A DNA stretch of 64,000 nucleotides from an uncultured Gemmatimonadaceae bacterium (GCA_963781585.1 CAWAGQ010000007.1:422886-486885); one strand, 5' to 3'; shown: positions 13,064-22,636, counted from the stretch's first letter. Numbers and translations: made by a program. The notes: generated by a model from the sequence alone, not told the origin.

Positions 13064-13782
13064 TCCTCCTCCCGTGTCGCGTTCCAGGGCTCCTCCGTCC
13101 CTGCGAGCGCCCCGCCGTTCAGCCGGGCTGCCACCTCCGGCGAATCCACGGCCGCGTCAAGCGCGACGCGACCGTCCTCCAGCACCACCACCCGGTTCAC
13201 CAGCCGCCGAACTTCCTCCAGCCGGTGTGAGCTGAGCAGCAGCGTCGCCCCGACGGAGCGCTCACGGAACTGACGGAAGAAGGCCTGCCGCGTACGCGCG
13301 TCGAGGCTCGCGGTGGGCTCGTCCATGATCAGCAACGCGGCCGGCGCGGCCAGCGCCAGTGTGATGAGCAGCTTCTGTTTCGTGCCGCCGGACAGCGCCC
13401 GCACCGGACGTCGCGCGATCTCGTCGAGCTCCAGCGCCATCCCGCTGGCGACGCGGCGGATCTCCGCCGGCTCCAGTCCGCGAATCTCGGCGACCGCCCG
13501 CACCACCTCGCCAACGCTCGCGCCGAGTTGTGGCGCCGCCTGCGGCACATAGGCCATGCCTGACGCCAACCGCGCCCGATGCGCAAACGCGTCCTCGCCG
13601 TCCAGCAGCACCAGGCCGTCGCAGCGCAGCATGCCCATCACCGCCCGCACAAGAGTGGACTTGCCCGATCCGTTCGGCCCGACCAGCGCGACCTTTGCGC
13701 CGGATGGCACCTCCAGTGTCAGGTGATCCAACGCGGTCACGCTGCCGAAACGCTTGCTCACGTCTCTCAGTTCGATCTTCAC
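13054..13782 (-). CDS. nosF: NosF ABC transporter ATP-binding protein
   Basis: Walker A GPNGSGKS, LSGG signature, MDEP Walker B; GTG start inferred at 13782. Confidence 0.88.
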   Translation of the reverse strand: MKIELRDVSKRFGSVTALDHLTLEVPSGAKVALVGPNGSGKSTLVRAVMGMLRCDGLVLLDGEDAFAHRARLASGMAYVPQAAPQLGASVGEVVRAVAEIRGLEPAEIRRVASGMALELDEIARRPVRALSGGTKQKLLITLALAAPAALLIMDEPTASLDARTRQAFFRQFRERSVGATLLLSSHRLEEVRRLVNRVVVLEDGRVALDAAVDSPEVAARLNGGALAGTEEPWNATREEECV

Positions 13783-13825
13783 GGCGATGCCGCCACTCGG
13801 CTCGGTTCGTAACCCAGGTGCCCGG

Positions 13826-15277
13826 TCATCCCGCACCGGCCGGCCGCGTCATGCGCGGGTGCGGATCCGCCATGAGGGTCTCTGGCTGCAGAACCGGCAG
13901 CACTTGAGCGGCGACGTCCACCAGCGCCAGCGCCATGGTGCCACGGAAGAACGCCAGGGCCGGATGTTCCGATACCAGCCGCTCCGACAGGCTTCGCAGC
14001 TCGTAGGCGACATCCCCGAAGCCGTCGCCGTCGAGGTCGTAACCTCGGTAGTCGTCGAAGTAGTTTCCCGCCCACGAGACCCCTCGCGCGTTGCCACGTC
14101 CCTCTACCACCACCTGACTCTGATTTCCCTGGAATGCATTGGCGGCGAATGTGTTGTGCGTCTCACTGCTGTGGAACGTCACCGCCGCGTTGCAGAGCGC
14201 GAAGGTGTTCAACCGCACCAGCATGGAGTCGCCCTCCCGAAATGGCGACGTGTCCAGATAGACGCACTGGTTGTCGCGCACGAAGCGGTTCCGCTCCACG
14301 GTGATGTTGCCCGACTCCTTCACGCCCAGCCCCATGCCATCGGCCACGGTATTGTCGGTAATCACGTTGCCCCGCAGCACGATGTCGCGGGAATACATGA
14401 TGAATACTCCCACGATATTGCCGCTGTAGTGGTTGTCTTCCACCACGCAGTCGCTCGAATACATGAAGTGCGTGGCATATCGGCTGCGCACCACCGTATT
14501 CCCCGCGATGCGATTGCCCGGCGAATACCAGATGACGATGTCGCGGGAGTCCTCGAGCCGGTTGCCCAGTACGGCGGAACCGCGTACTTCCCAGAACCGG
14601 ATGCCGTCGCCCCGAATGCCGACCGCCAGGTCCGGGTCGCCCACCACGTGGTTCTCCGCGAACGTAACGCCTCGCGACTGCTCGGCCACCAGGCCGAAGA
14701 GCGCGTGCTGGATCGTCAGGCCGCGAACCTCGACGCTGTCGCCCCTCACGTACACGGCCGCGTCCATCTTGTCGTAGCGCTTCCCGCTGCCATCAACGGT
14801 AAAGCCGCGGAGCACGGCGTGGCTGGCCAGCACGCGCACCGTCGTGCCCTGTCCATCGGAGCGGATCACCGCCGACCCCGGCCCCAGCAGGGTCAGCGGC
14901 GAGTGGATCACCAGAGGCCCGTCGTGATCCCCCGGCAAGAGGCACAGCACCGCGCCCGCTGGGAGCGCGTCGAGCAGTGGCTGCAGCGCAACGCCCGCCG
15001 GCGCCGTGCGCGCCGTTGCAGGACATGCCGGCACGCTGTCCGTGGATGCACCGCGTGCCGCGGGCGCCGCCGCGGGTAGTGCAGGTTGGCGCAACACCGA
15101 AGCCGTCGCGGCCCCGACGATCAGCGTCAGGCCCGCACTCAGCCCCAGCGGTCTCGGGCCGATCCGGCGCCTGGCCGCCCATCGAGCCATGTCTCGACCT
15201 CGCGTCGCGTTGGGAGCGCCTTGGGCCCGGGGCGACGTATCGACGACGCCCCGGGCTCCACGGCTACCGGCCGTCAC
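13826..15277 (-). CDS. nosD: Nitrous oxide reductase maturation protein NosD
   Basis: Beta-helix repeats, RGDGIRFWE, RYATHFMYS, GNYFDDYRGYDLDGDGFGD; GTG start overlaps nosZ stop (alternative ATG at 15190). Confidence 0.92.
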   Translation of the reverse strand: MTAGSRGARGVVDTSPRAQGAPNATRGRDMARWAARRRIGPRPLGLSAGLTLIVGAATASVLRQPALPAAAPAARGASTDSVPACPATARTAPAGVALQPLLDALPAGAVLCLLPGDHDGPLVIHSPLTLLGPGSAVIRSDGQGTTVRVLASHAVLRGFTVDGSGKRYDKMDAAVYVRGDSVEVRGLTIQHALFGLVAEQSRGVTFAENHVVGDPDLAVGIRGDGIRFWEVRGSAVLGNRLEDSRDIVIWYSPGNRIAGNTVVRSRYATHFMYSSDCVVEDNHYSGNIVGVFIMYSRDIVLRGNVITDNTVADGMGLGVKESGNITVERNRFVRDNQCVYLDTSPFREGDSMLVRLNTFALCNAAVTFHSSETHNTFAANAFQGNQSQVVVEGRGNARGVSWAGNYFDDYRGYDLDGDGFGDVAYELRSLSERLVSEHPALAFFRGTMALALVDVAAQVLPVLQPETLMADPHPRMTRPAGAG

Positions 15278-17241
15278 CGCGCCGGCTTCACCAGCATGTA
15301 GCCCATCATCTCCAGATGCAACGCCGAGCAGAACTCCGTGCAGTAGTACGGGAACACGCCACTCCGGTCCACCACGATGGTGAAGTTCGCCGTCTTGCCC
15401 GGCTCGACGCTCAGATTCACGTCGTACTCTCCCAGGCCGAAACCGTGGGTCGCGTCCGGCGTCTGCTCCAGGTTCGTAATGTGGAAGTGCACGGTATCCC
15501 CTTGCTCGACTTCCACCAGGTCCGGCTTCATGTGGCTGCGCACCTCGGTCATGAAGACGCTCACGACCTTGCCATGCCGCTCGATGCGCGCGTTCGCTTC
15601 TGATGTGACGGCGTTGGGATCGGCCTGGTGCGACACGGCGTTCTCGCCCACCGGCGTGTACATCTGCACCGGCTGCAGCTTGTCCGCGCTGATGATCTGT
15701 GCATAGTGCGGCTCGCCGAGTCCAATAGGCATGTCGTACAGGAGCTGCATCTCGGGAGTAGACGTGTCGATGAGCTGCAGGTTCTGTGGCAGCAACGGGC
15801 CGACGTTGTTGAACCGGTCGATGGACCACTTGTCCAGCGCCAGCACGTAGTGCCCCTTCGGATGCTCCGTGTCACCCTCGGGGGTGGCCAGGTGACCGAT
15901 GTTATAGTGCACGGAGATCTTCCCGAGCAGCTTCATGTCCTTCAGCGACCACTTGGCGATCTTCGACTCGATGAACAACGACGTGTAGCCGTTGCCCTGG
16001 TCGTCCCACTGTGTGTGCAGCGGGCCCAGGCCCACTTCGACCTGCCCGTGGAGCGCTGTCCGGAACCCGATGATCGGCACGCCGTACGGATCGTTGCCCT
16101 CAAAATTCCTGGCGTCGATGGCCTGCTTGATCTGTTCGAAGTCGTAGACGGTCTCGTGGGTGTCGAGCTTGCCCGACACCGCCAGGTACCTGCCGTCGGG
16201 GGTGACGTCCACACCATGCGGGCTTTTGGGCTCAGGAACGAAGAACAGCAGTCCCTCGGATATGGATGTGCTGAGCGGGATGACTCGCACGCCCTGGATC
16301 GTGCGTGTTCCGCCGGCCTGCTGCGCCACCTCCGCCGCACGGCGCCAGTTGATGACGTGCAGGTAGTCCATGTCGTTCTGCGACGCACCGGACTCCAGTG
16401 GCGGCCGTCCCTCCATGGTCCCACCGTGCGCCCGCTCCGTGTCGAACGAGTTGATGAAGGCCCAACCGTCGCTCACCAGCTTGCCCGCGTCCGACAGGTC
16501 CTGCATGTATGGTGGCAGCTCCATGGCGAAGGACTGCGACGGGTCGATCCTGCCCCGCGCCCGGTCGAACTTCCAGAACATGACCGCGCCCCGATAAGCG
16601 TCATTGTAGTCGGAGATCGACGCATAGCTGCCGTTCAGCGGGATGGGGTACTGGCCCCCCTCGATGATGTAGTCCGTGTTGGGGGTGACGAACGTGCCAC
16701 CGTGATCCGTGCCCAGGAGAGGTGAGTGAACGATCTGCGTGGTCACGAAGTCCTTCAGGCTGATCACGGCCACGCGGGCGTTCGCCTTGTCGTTGATGAA
16801 CAGGAACTGGCCGTCGTAGTCGCCGTTGGTCTCGCTCAGCGCCGGGTGGTGACTGTCGCCCCACGTCAGGGTCCTCCCCTTCGGGGAACTCGACACCATC
16901 AGCTCCTGGCTCTGCTCGTCGAATCCGTACCCCTGCCAGGGCTCCGGTGTGAAGACGCCGATGTACTTCAGGATTCGCATGGACGGCACACCGACCACCA
17001 CCACCTGACCGCTGTGCCCGCCTGACGCGAACATGATGAACGGGTCCGTCCGACCCGTGGGCGTGTACGTCTTCAACGCCGCCACCACATCCGCCTCGGT
17101 CAGGTTGCGCGCTCTCATCAGCGTTTGCACCGATTCGGCGCCCGGAGCGCGTGGTCCACCACACGCCCACAGAGCCGCCACCGTTGCCAGGACCGCCGTG
17201 CGCGCCAGCCCCGGCCTCTTCGCTGATCTCGTCCTATCCAT
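15274..17241 (-). CDS. nosZ: Nitrous oxide reductase, clade II (Sec-type, lipobox)
   Basis: SGGHSG, CuZ motifs DSHH/DHGG/PHG/PLHT/EPH, CuA HGF...CTEFCSALHLEM; no twin-arginine motif, LWAC lipobox. Confidence 0.97.
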   Translation of the reverse strand: MDRTRSAKRPGLARTAVLATVAALWACGGPRAPGAESVQTLMRARNLTEADVVAALKTYTPTGRTDPFIMFASGGHSGQVVVVGVPSMRILKYIGVFTPEPWQGYGFDEQSQELMVSSSPKGRTLTWGDSHHPALSETNGDYDGQFLFINDKANARVAVISLKDFVTTQIVHSPLLGTDHGGTFVTPNTDYIIEGGQYPIPLNGSYASISDYNDAYRGAVMFWKFDRARGRIDPSQSFAMELPPYMQDLSDAGKLVSDGWAFINSFDTERAHGGTMEGRPPLESGASQNDMDYLHVINWRRAAEVAQQAGGTRTIQGVRVIPLSTSISEGLLFFVPEPKSPHGVDVTPDGRYLAVSGKLDTHETVYDFEQIKQAIDARNFEGNDPYGVPIIGFRTALHGQVEVGLGPLHTQWDDQGNGYTSLFIESKIAKWSLKDMKLLGKISVHYNIGHLATPEGDTEHPKGHYVLALDKWSIDRFNNVGPLLPQNLQLIDTSTPEMQLLYDMPIGLGEPHYAQIISADKLQPVQMYTPVGENAVSHQADPNAVTSEANARIERHGKVVSVFMTEVRSHMKPDLVEVEQGDTVHFHITNLEQTPDATHGFGLGEYDVNLSVEPGKTANFTIVVDRSGVFPYYCTEFCSALHLEMMGYMLVKPAR

Positions 17242-17361
17242 TCCTGCCTCCCGCTCTCGCCCTGGTCTATGTGGACGCCGCGCCGGGGCAATCGCCTGGT
17301 CCCCGGGCCTCCTGCGCGCTCTCCGCGGCCGCGGGCCATACCGCCGCGGCGTGCGACGGCG

Positions 17362-17814
17362 CTATTTCTCTTTCCCGAAATTCCGCACGATTTCTCTGAG
17401 TGCACCGATTACGGCCGGCTTGCTGCCCAGGTCCGGATTTGCCACCATGGCCGGGCTTCGACCCACGGCCGCACCCCCATACAGGATTGCCGTCTCGATC
17501 TCCTTGTCCGTCACGCTGTCCTGCCACGCGGGGTTGTGGTAGTTGCGCGGCTTCGGATCCAGCGCCACCCCGCCGGGTCCATCGCCGCGGCCCTCGGGAC
17601 CATGACAGACGCTGCAGCGGGTGGCGAAGATCTGTTTGGCTTCCTGACGCGCCGCATCCGTGATCTGGACGTCACCACTTCCTGTCGATTCCGCGCCCGC
17701 CGTTGTGGCCGCGCTGTCGCCGCTCGCCGCTTCCTTCGAGCCGCCGCAGGCCGCCAGCACACCTGCCACGAACAACAGGGTGACCATCGTCAGCACCCGA
17801 TCCGCTGCAGTCAT
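17362..17814 (-). CDS. Monoheme cytochrome c lipoprotein upstream of nosZ
   Basis: LAAC lipobox, CSVCH, candidate distal Met in SPAM. Confidence 0.88.
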   Translation of the reverse strand: MTAADRVLTMVTLLFVAGVLAACGGSKEAASGDSAATTAGAESTGSGDVQITDAARQEAKQIFATRCSVCHGPEGRGDGPGGVALDPKPRNYHNPAWQDSVTDKEIETAILYGGAAVGRSPAMVANPDLGSKPAVIGALREIVRNFGKEK

Positions 17815-17994
17815 CTCCGTTCCCTCCGGTCTGGGTCACTCGGCCATCAACTGCGGCGGCAGGGGCAACGTGCCTCTCGCCGGAACCATCGGCTGCAGGA
17901 TTCTCCTTGAATTCAGCGAAGTATTTCATCCGGCTCTCCCTACCGGTTCATAGGGATTCTCCTGACAGCGGTGAAAACGCGTGCAGCCGCCGCG

Positions 17995-18190
17995 GCCTTC
18001 CCCGACGCGGCGGTGTTTCGCATCGAGGCGATGACGGATGGCGTGGCGCAGTCTGCCGCCGAACGCCGCTTTCAGTTGCTCGTGCCGGGAGCGTTCGGCG
18101 TCATCGCGCTCGTGCTCACGAGCGCCGCCACCACGGTGGCCGCGACCCGAGCGATGCGGATCAATCCGGTGGATGCGATGCGGGTGCAGG
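17995..18190 (+). pseudogene. Internally deleted remnant of an ADOP-type ABC permease C-terminus
   Basis: AERRFQLLVPGAFGVIALVL joined directly to ATRAMRINPVDAMRVQ, matching two separated parts of the intact permeases in this window. Confidence 0.6.
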
Positions 18191-18287
18191 GGGCGGAGCC
18201 GGCGGGGTCAGGTTGGCGGGTCCTGGCCCGAAACTGCGTTCAATGGCGGAGAATCGACCGAGCCCGAGCCAACACAGGAGGTCCTCC

Positions 18288-18806
18288 ATGAATCGGAAAT
18301 TCTCCTCCCTGCTGGGTAGTGCGCTGATCCCCGGCTTTCTTATCAGCGTCCCGCCTGGCGCTCCGCATCGTGCCACGCCCGATATGCAGACAAGGGCTGC
18401 TGTGGATCGACCTTCGCCTGCCGCCGCGGAGGCGGTTCGGGTCACCATGACCGGCGAGGACTCGAACTTCGGCTGCAAGATCAGCGTGTCGGCCACCAAC
18501 AAGGGCAGCCTGAGGGCCGCGATATCGCGCGACAGCCAGGTCAGGTCGTATGCGGGCTCGCTCGCCGGACCCTGGAAGAAGCTGGATCAATCGGTGTGGA
18601 TCAATCCGGGTCAGACGGCGCATTGGGTCTATGATCTGACCTTCGGATGCAATGCTCACCGACAGTACCGGTTCGTTGTCAAGCAATTCGACGCGAACAC
18701 CAACCTGACCGGTACGGTCACGTTCTACTATCCAGACAAAGATCAAGGCGGCATCGCGACGCTCGCGGAGTCCTTCAGTCTCGGTGATCTGAACCGCTTC
18801 TTCTGA
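18288..18806 (+). CDS. Putative secreted protein of unknown function (paralog 1)
   Basis: GGAGG RBS, hydrophobic N-terminus, two Cys, clear paralog of 18970..19482. Confidence 0.8.
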   Translation: MNRKFSSLLGSALIPGFLISVPPGAPHRATPDMQTRAAVDRPSPAAAEAVRVTMTGEDSNFGCKISVSATNKGSLRAAISRDSQVRSYAGSLAGPWKKLDQSVWINPGQTAHWVYDLTFGCNAHRQYRFVVKQFDANTNLTGTVTFYYPDKDQGGIATLAESFSLGDLNRFF

Positions 18807-18969
18807 TCCGGAATCCACGGCGGCCGCGACTCCAGCGATGCGTCAATCCGCTCCATGCGGAGTGGAGGTGTGGAGCGGACACGCTGAGCGCCACGCTGGC
18901 GGCTCTCGCCGCGCAGCTGCGCTGTAGTGCGAGAACCGACCAAACCCGTCCCAACCGAAGAGGTCCATC

Positions 18970-19482
18970 ATGCACCGGGCAATCCTCTTGCTGTTAGGCA
19001 GCGCGTTCATCCCGGGCGTTCTCATCAGCGCCCCGCTTGGCGCGCCGCATCCCGTGAATGCCGGCTCGCGGTCCACCGCGGGCGTGGATCGGCTTGCGCT
19101 CCCCACGGCGGAGGGGCTTCGGGTTACCATGACCACCGAGGATGCGAACCCGGGTTGCACGGTCAACGTCTCGGCCGTCAACCACGGCGACCAGCGGACC
19201 GCGATATCACGCGACAGCGAGGTCAGGTCGTATGTGGGCGTTTTCGCAGGTCCCTGGAAGAAGCTGGGTCAATCGGTGTGGATCAATCCCGGTCAGACGG
19301 CCCGCTGGCACTACGATCTGACCTTCGGATGCAATGACCCGCGAGAGTACCGTTTTGTTGTCAAGAAGTTCGACTCGAAGGATACGGTACTCGGTGAGCA
19401 CACCTATCGTTACCCCGCCAATCCGCAACAGGCGACCGTGAGCGTTTCGTTCAGCCTCGGTGATCTGAACCGTTTCTTCTGA
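18970..19482 (+). CDS. Putative secreted protein of unknown function (paralog 2)
   Basis: Shares GPWKKL, QSVWINPGQTA, YDLTFGCN and SLGDLNRFF with paralog 1. Confidence 0.8.
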   Translation: MHRAILLLLGSAFIPGVLISAPLGAPHPVNAGSRSTAGVDRLALPTAEGLRVTMTTEDANPGCTVNVSAVNHGDQRTAISRDSEVRSYVGVFAGPWKKLGQSVWINPGQTARWHYDLTFGCNDPREYRFVVKKFDSKDTVLGEHTYRYPANPQQATVSVSFSLGDLNRFF

Positions 19483-19578
19483 TCTGGCATGCGATGGGGC
19501 CGGAATGGGGTTGTGGTACGCCCCGCCGATGAGCAACGCCGCGGGGAGATACGCCACGAGTTGGCCTCGGCGTTCGGG

Positions 19579-20082
19579 TCATTCACGCACTCCCGAATTG
19601 CCGGTGGGTGCCCCGGGCGGTGGCCCGATCATCTCGTACCCATACTCGGCGCCGAGGGCCCGGATTTGCTGCGGATCCGGGGGACCGAGGGCAAAGAGCG
19701 CCGATGCCCGCGCATAGAACTCCTCGAAGCCGCTCGGTGTGTTCAGAACGATGTGGCGACTTGGACCGGCACCTGTATTCCGGAAAGTGTGGGCGACTCC
19801 GCGGGGCAGGTACACCACGGTGCCGGGTGTCGTCGCGACCCAGCGCCCCTCGAGCAGAAAACTGATCTCCCCTTCGAGCACCACGAATAGTTCGTCGTCC
19901 CGCCGGTGGACGTGTGGCGGGGGACCCGCACCGGGAGGCGTCTTGGCGACGGCGAGACAGAGGCGTCCCCCAGTCTCTGCGCCTCCCAACTTGAACAGCC
20001 CCGCGCTTCCGAATGCCGCGACGGCGTGGCCACCATCGGGCGGGACGATCAGGGCGGCGGGTGCATCTGGCTCGGGTGTCAT
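19579..20082 (-). CDS. Cupin domain protein (quercetinase-like)
   Basis: PPPHVHRRDDELFVVLEG and PRGVAHTFRN cupin motifs. Confidence 0.88.
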   Translation of the reverse strand: MTPEPDAPAALIVPPDGGHAVAAFGSAGLFKLGGAETGGRLCLAVAKTPPGAGPPPHVHRRDDELFVVLEGEISFLLEGRWVATTPGTVVYLPRGVAHTFRNTGAGPSRHIVLNTPSGFEEFYARASALFALGPPDPQQIRALGAEYGYEMIGPPPGAPTGNSGVRE

Positions 20083-20195
20083 CGGCGGTACTCCGTTCAA
20101 TGGGGAACGCGTACGTGGCCATCAGGACGGCCGCGGCCTAACAAGTCGTGGCCCTGAGCTGCGGGCCGAGGCAGGCGTGAGTTGGCACAGGCGGC

Positions 20196-20410
20196 TCACC
20201 GGCAGGCTGGCGCAACCCAGGTTCGGAACGCTCGCTCGAATGCCTCGAGTGATGCGCCGGTCAGCTCCTCGAAAGTCCGGCGGTTCTTCTCCACCGGCAC
20301 CCCTTCGACGCCAGATTCCAGCCGGCGATAGACGTCTCGGCACCGAGCCGCTCGGAGACGTATGTCGCGAGGCCCTCGTCGAGCCAGGAAGGTGGACCGC
20401 TGAGGCGCGC
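20196..20410 (-). pseudogene. Remnant of a gluzincin (peptidase MA-like) gene
   Basis: PPSWLDEGLATYVSERLG in one frame, then FEELTGASLEAFERAFRTWV in another; no HExxH or start. Confidence 0.5.
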
Positions 20411-20413
20411 GCA

Positions 20414-21733
20414 TCATGATCGCGGCGTCCACCCGTACACCCGCAGCGCATTGCCGCGGAGCACCATGCGCGCAATGGCCAGTGCCCGCGCCCGCGTGAT
20501 CTCGCCGTCGTTCATCATCCCGGTGAGCGCGATCGCCAGGGCCTCGCGCGCCGACGTCGTCGTTTGCCAGCCGATTTCCTCCCACTCGATCGGCGGCGTC
20601 CCCGGCGAGAGATCCGTACCGAACAGCACCTTCTCGGGATACCACTCCAGCCAGTAGCGTATCACTTTCGCCAACTCCTGCGTCGGCAGGAGCCACGTCT
20701 GCTCGGAAAAATCCGTATAGACGTTCGGCTTCATGAGCAGCGGCGCGATCGACTGCGCGAACGGGCCGGCGCCACCGTGCAGCAGTACGAAGGTCGTGCC
20801 GCGCAGCGACGCGTCGTTCAGCACCTCCTCGAGCAGCAACGGATTCGCTCCCGAAAGCTCGAAGTAGCCGCCGCACCCGTAGCCGGTATGAATGTGCACG
20901 GGGAGGCCGAGCCGGCCCGCCTCGGCCGCTACGTAATGGAAGAGGAAGTCCTGCAGCGCAGTGTACTCCTCGTCGCCCGGTGCGCCGCCGTTGACGTAGC
21001 GCGAGTAGGCCCGCTCGGCTGCGGCGCGATCGCCCCGCGTGAAGTCGAGAGGCCGCAGGTACGCCGCCTCGAACTTCACGGCTACGGCGCCACTTTGCTT
21101 CTCGCGTTCCAGCAGGGCTGTCACGACCTGCGTGAGGTAGCCGTCGAGCGTCGCCGGAAGGCGACTCAGGCCGAGCTCCTTCAGGTAACGCTGCAACAGC
21201 GCGTCCTCGCGCGCGAAGAAAATCTTCCGGTCGGGTGTGCGCGCCGCGACGCGGCTGTTGTCCAGCGGAAAGAGCAACGCATCGTCGAACGGCACCCACC
21301 GAAACCGGGGAGCATCGAGGCCCCGTCCGATCGCCACGCGGTTGGCCAGTTCGGTCTCGATCCCCAGTCGATCGAGCACCCACGCCGGGTAGTTATCCCC
21401 CTGGGCGGCCTTCACACGCGCCTTGGCCGCGAGCAACTCACGCACGTGCGTCGAATCGGTGTCGTTGTACCGGTACCCGAACATCGCCTTCCACGCGGCG
21501 AGAAATTGCGGATTCTGCGGACGACTGGTGAGCGTGGGATCGGTGGGCTCCAGGGGATCGCAGGGCAGGGCGTCGAAGTCGTCGTCCTTCTCGCCTGGCG
21601 CCGTGAGCGCCGGGGGATGCGAGTGGTTGTCGATCGCTCTGATGCCGCGGATAGCGGCGAGCAGCGCCGAATCGGGGCGCTGCCCGAGCGCGACCTGCGA
21701 CACGATGAGCAGAAGCGCGGCTGCGGTTTTCAT
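20414..21733 (-). CDS. Amidohydrolase family protein (secreted)
   Basis: Signal peptide, IDNHSH, VHIHTG, LLHGG, VLFGTD; AAGGAG RBS. Confidence 0.9.
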   Translation of the reverse strand: MKTAAALLLIVSQVALGQRPDSALLAAIRGIRAIDNHSHPPALTAPGEKDDDFDALPCDPLEPTDPTLTSRPQNPQFLAAWKAMFGYRYNDTDSTHVRELLAAKARVKAAQGDNYPAWVLDRLGIETELANRVAIGRGLDAPRFRWVPFDDALLFPLDNSRVAARTPDRKIFFAREDALLQRYLKELGLSRLPATLDGYLTQVVTALLEREKQSGAVAVKFEAAYLRPLDFTRGDRAAAERAYSRYVNGGAPGDEEYTALQDFLFHYVAAEAGRLGLPVHIHTGYGCGGYFELSGANPLLLEEVLNDASLRGTTFVLLHGGAGPFAQSIAPLLMKPNVYTDFSEQTWLLPTQELAKVIRYWLEWYPEKVLFGTDLSPGTPPIEWEEIGWQTTTSAREALAIALTGMMNDGEITRARALAIARMVLRGNALRVYGWTPRS

Positions 21734-21951
21734 TCTCCTTGAATGCGGCGTGATGCCATCGATGTCAATGAATCCGGGTCCTGGCGCGGGATCACCGGCA
21801 GGACCACGTGCGACGGATGCGCGGCGTCGTGCACCAGCCGCTGATGCGCCACCACGAACGTACGGTCGCGCTCGTCGTTCCCTCCGGTGTTCAGGTTGCG
21901 ATCGTACTTGGGGAGGAACGCCGACGACATCGTGACCCGGATCCGATGCCC
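21730..21951 (-). pseudogene. Duplicated 3' end of the CocE/NonD hydrolase gene (31664..33745)
   Basis: 21785-21951 aligns ungapped to 31668-31834 (about 19 mismatches in 167 bp by manual count); encodes PKYDRNLNTG...HPSHVVLPV. Confidence 0.85.
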
Positions 21952-22165
21952 CTACCGGGACTGTGCCCGCTGGACTGCGCTCGGACCGATCTCCCGTTCC
22001 TCCAATCCCCGACAGCGGGTAAGGAATCCCTATGGACACGGAGACCAGCATCGGCGATTTTGCGGCTTTGGCCGGCTAAATTGCCGCCGACGCGACGTAC
22101 CGGCCAACTCACTGGCGAGGTGATCAATCAACGTGATGCGCATCGGCGAGATCGGGGGCTGATCG

Positions 22166-22636
22166 GTGGCGATACGCGACACGACGGAGCCGATCAGCGG
22201 GCCTCGAGCCTGGGCCCCGAGCTTCGGTGAGTACCTGCTCGGCGGCCTGCTGGTCCTCATGGCGGCGATCGCGCTGCTGGTGGTCTTTCTCTACTGGCTG
22301 CCACCGGAACAGCTCCAGCTCCCCGAGCTGCAACCGGCGTTGCGTGTCGGGTCCGTCGGCTCATTCCCGGTGGGCGCCGGACGCAGCGTGCGCTGGGGCG
22401 ATCAGGTGATCCTCGTCGTGCGACCGGACACGGGCCGGTTTACCGCGCTCGAGGGCGTCGCCTCGACCGATGGGTGCCTCCTCGAGTGGTCGCCGACGGC
22501 CCTCCGCATCGAATCGCCGTGCAGCTACATCGTCTACGACCTGCACGGCAACGTCGTGCGTGGGCTCACCACCGTGCCGCTCAGACGCTACCCAACGTTC
22601 GTGCGTGACGACGTCCTCTACGTCGGGAGGCCATGA
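22166..22636 (+). CDS. Rieske-fold membrane-anchored protein lacking [2Fe-2S] ligands
   Basis: N-terminal TM; ASTDGC and SPCSYIVYDLHG align to CTHLGC and CPCHGSxYD; lies directly before cytochrome b. Confidence 0.8.
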   Translation: MAIRDTTEPISGPRAWAPSFGEYLLGGLLVLMAAIALLVVFLYWLPPEQLQLPELQPALRVGSVGSFPVGAGRSVRWGDQVILVVRPDTGRFTALEGVASTDGCLLEWSPTALRIESPCSYIVYDLHGNVVRGLTTVPLRRYPTFVRDDVLYVGRP

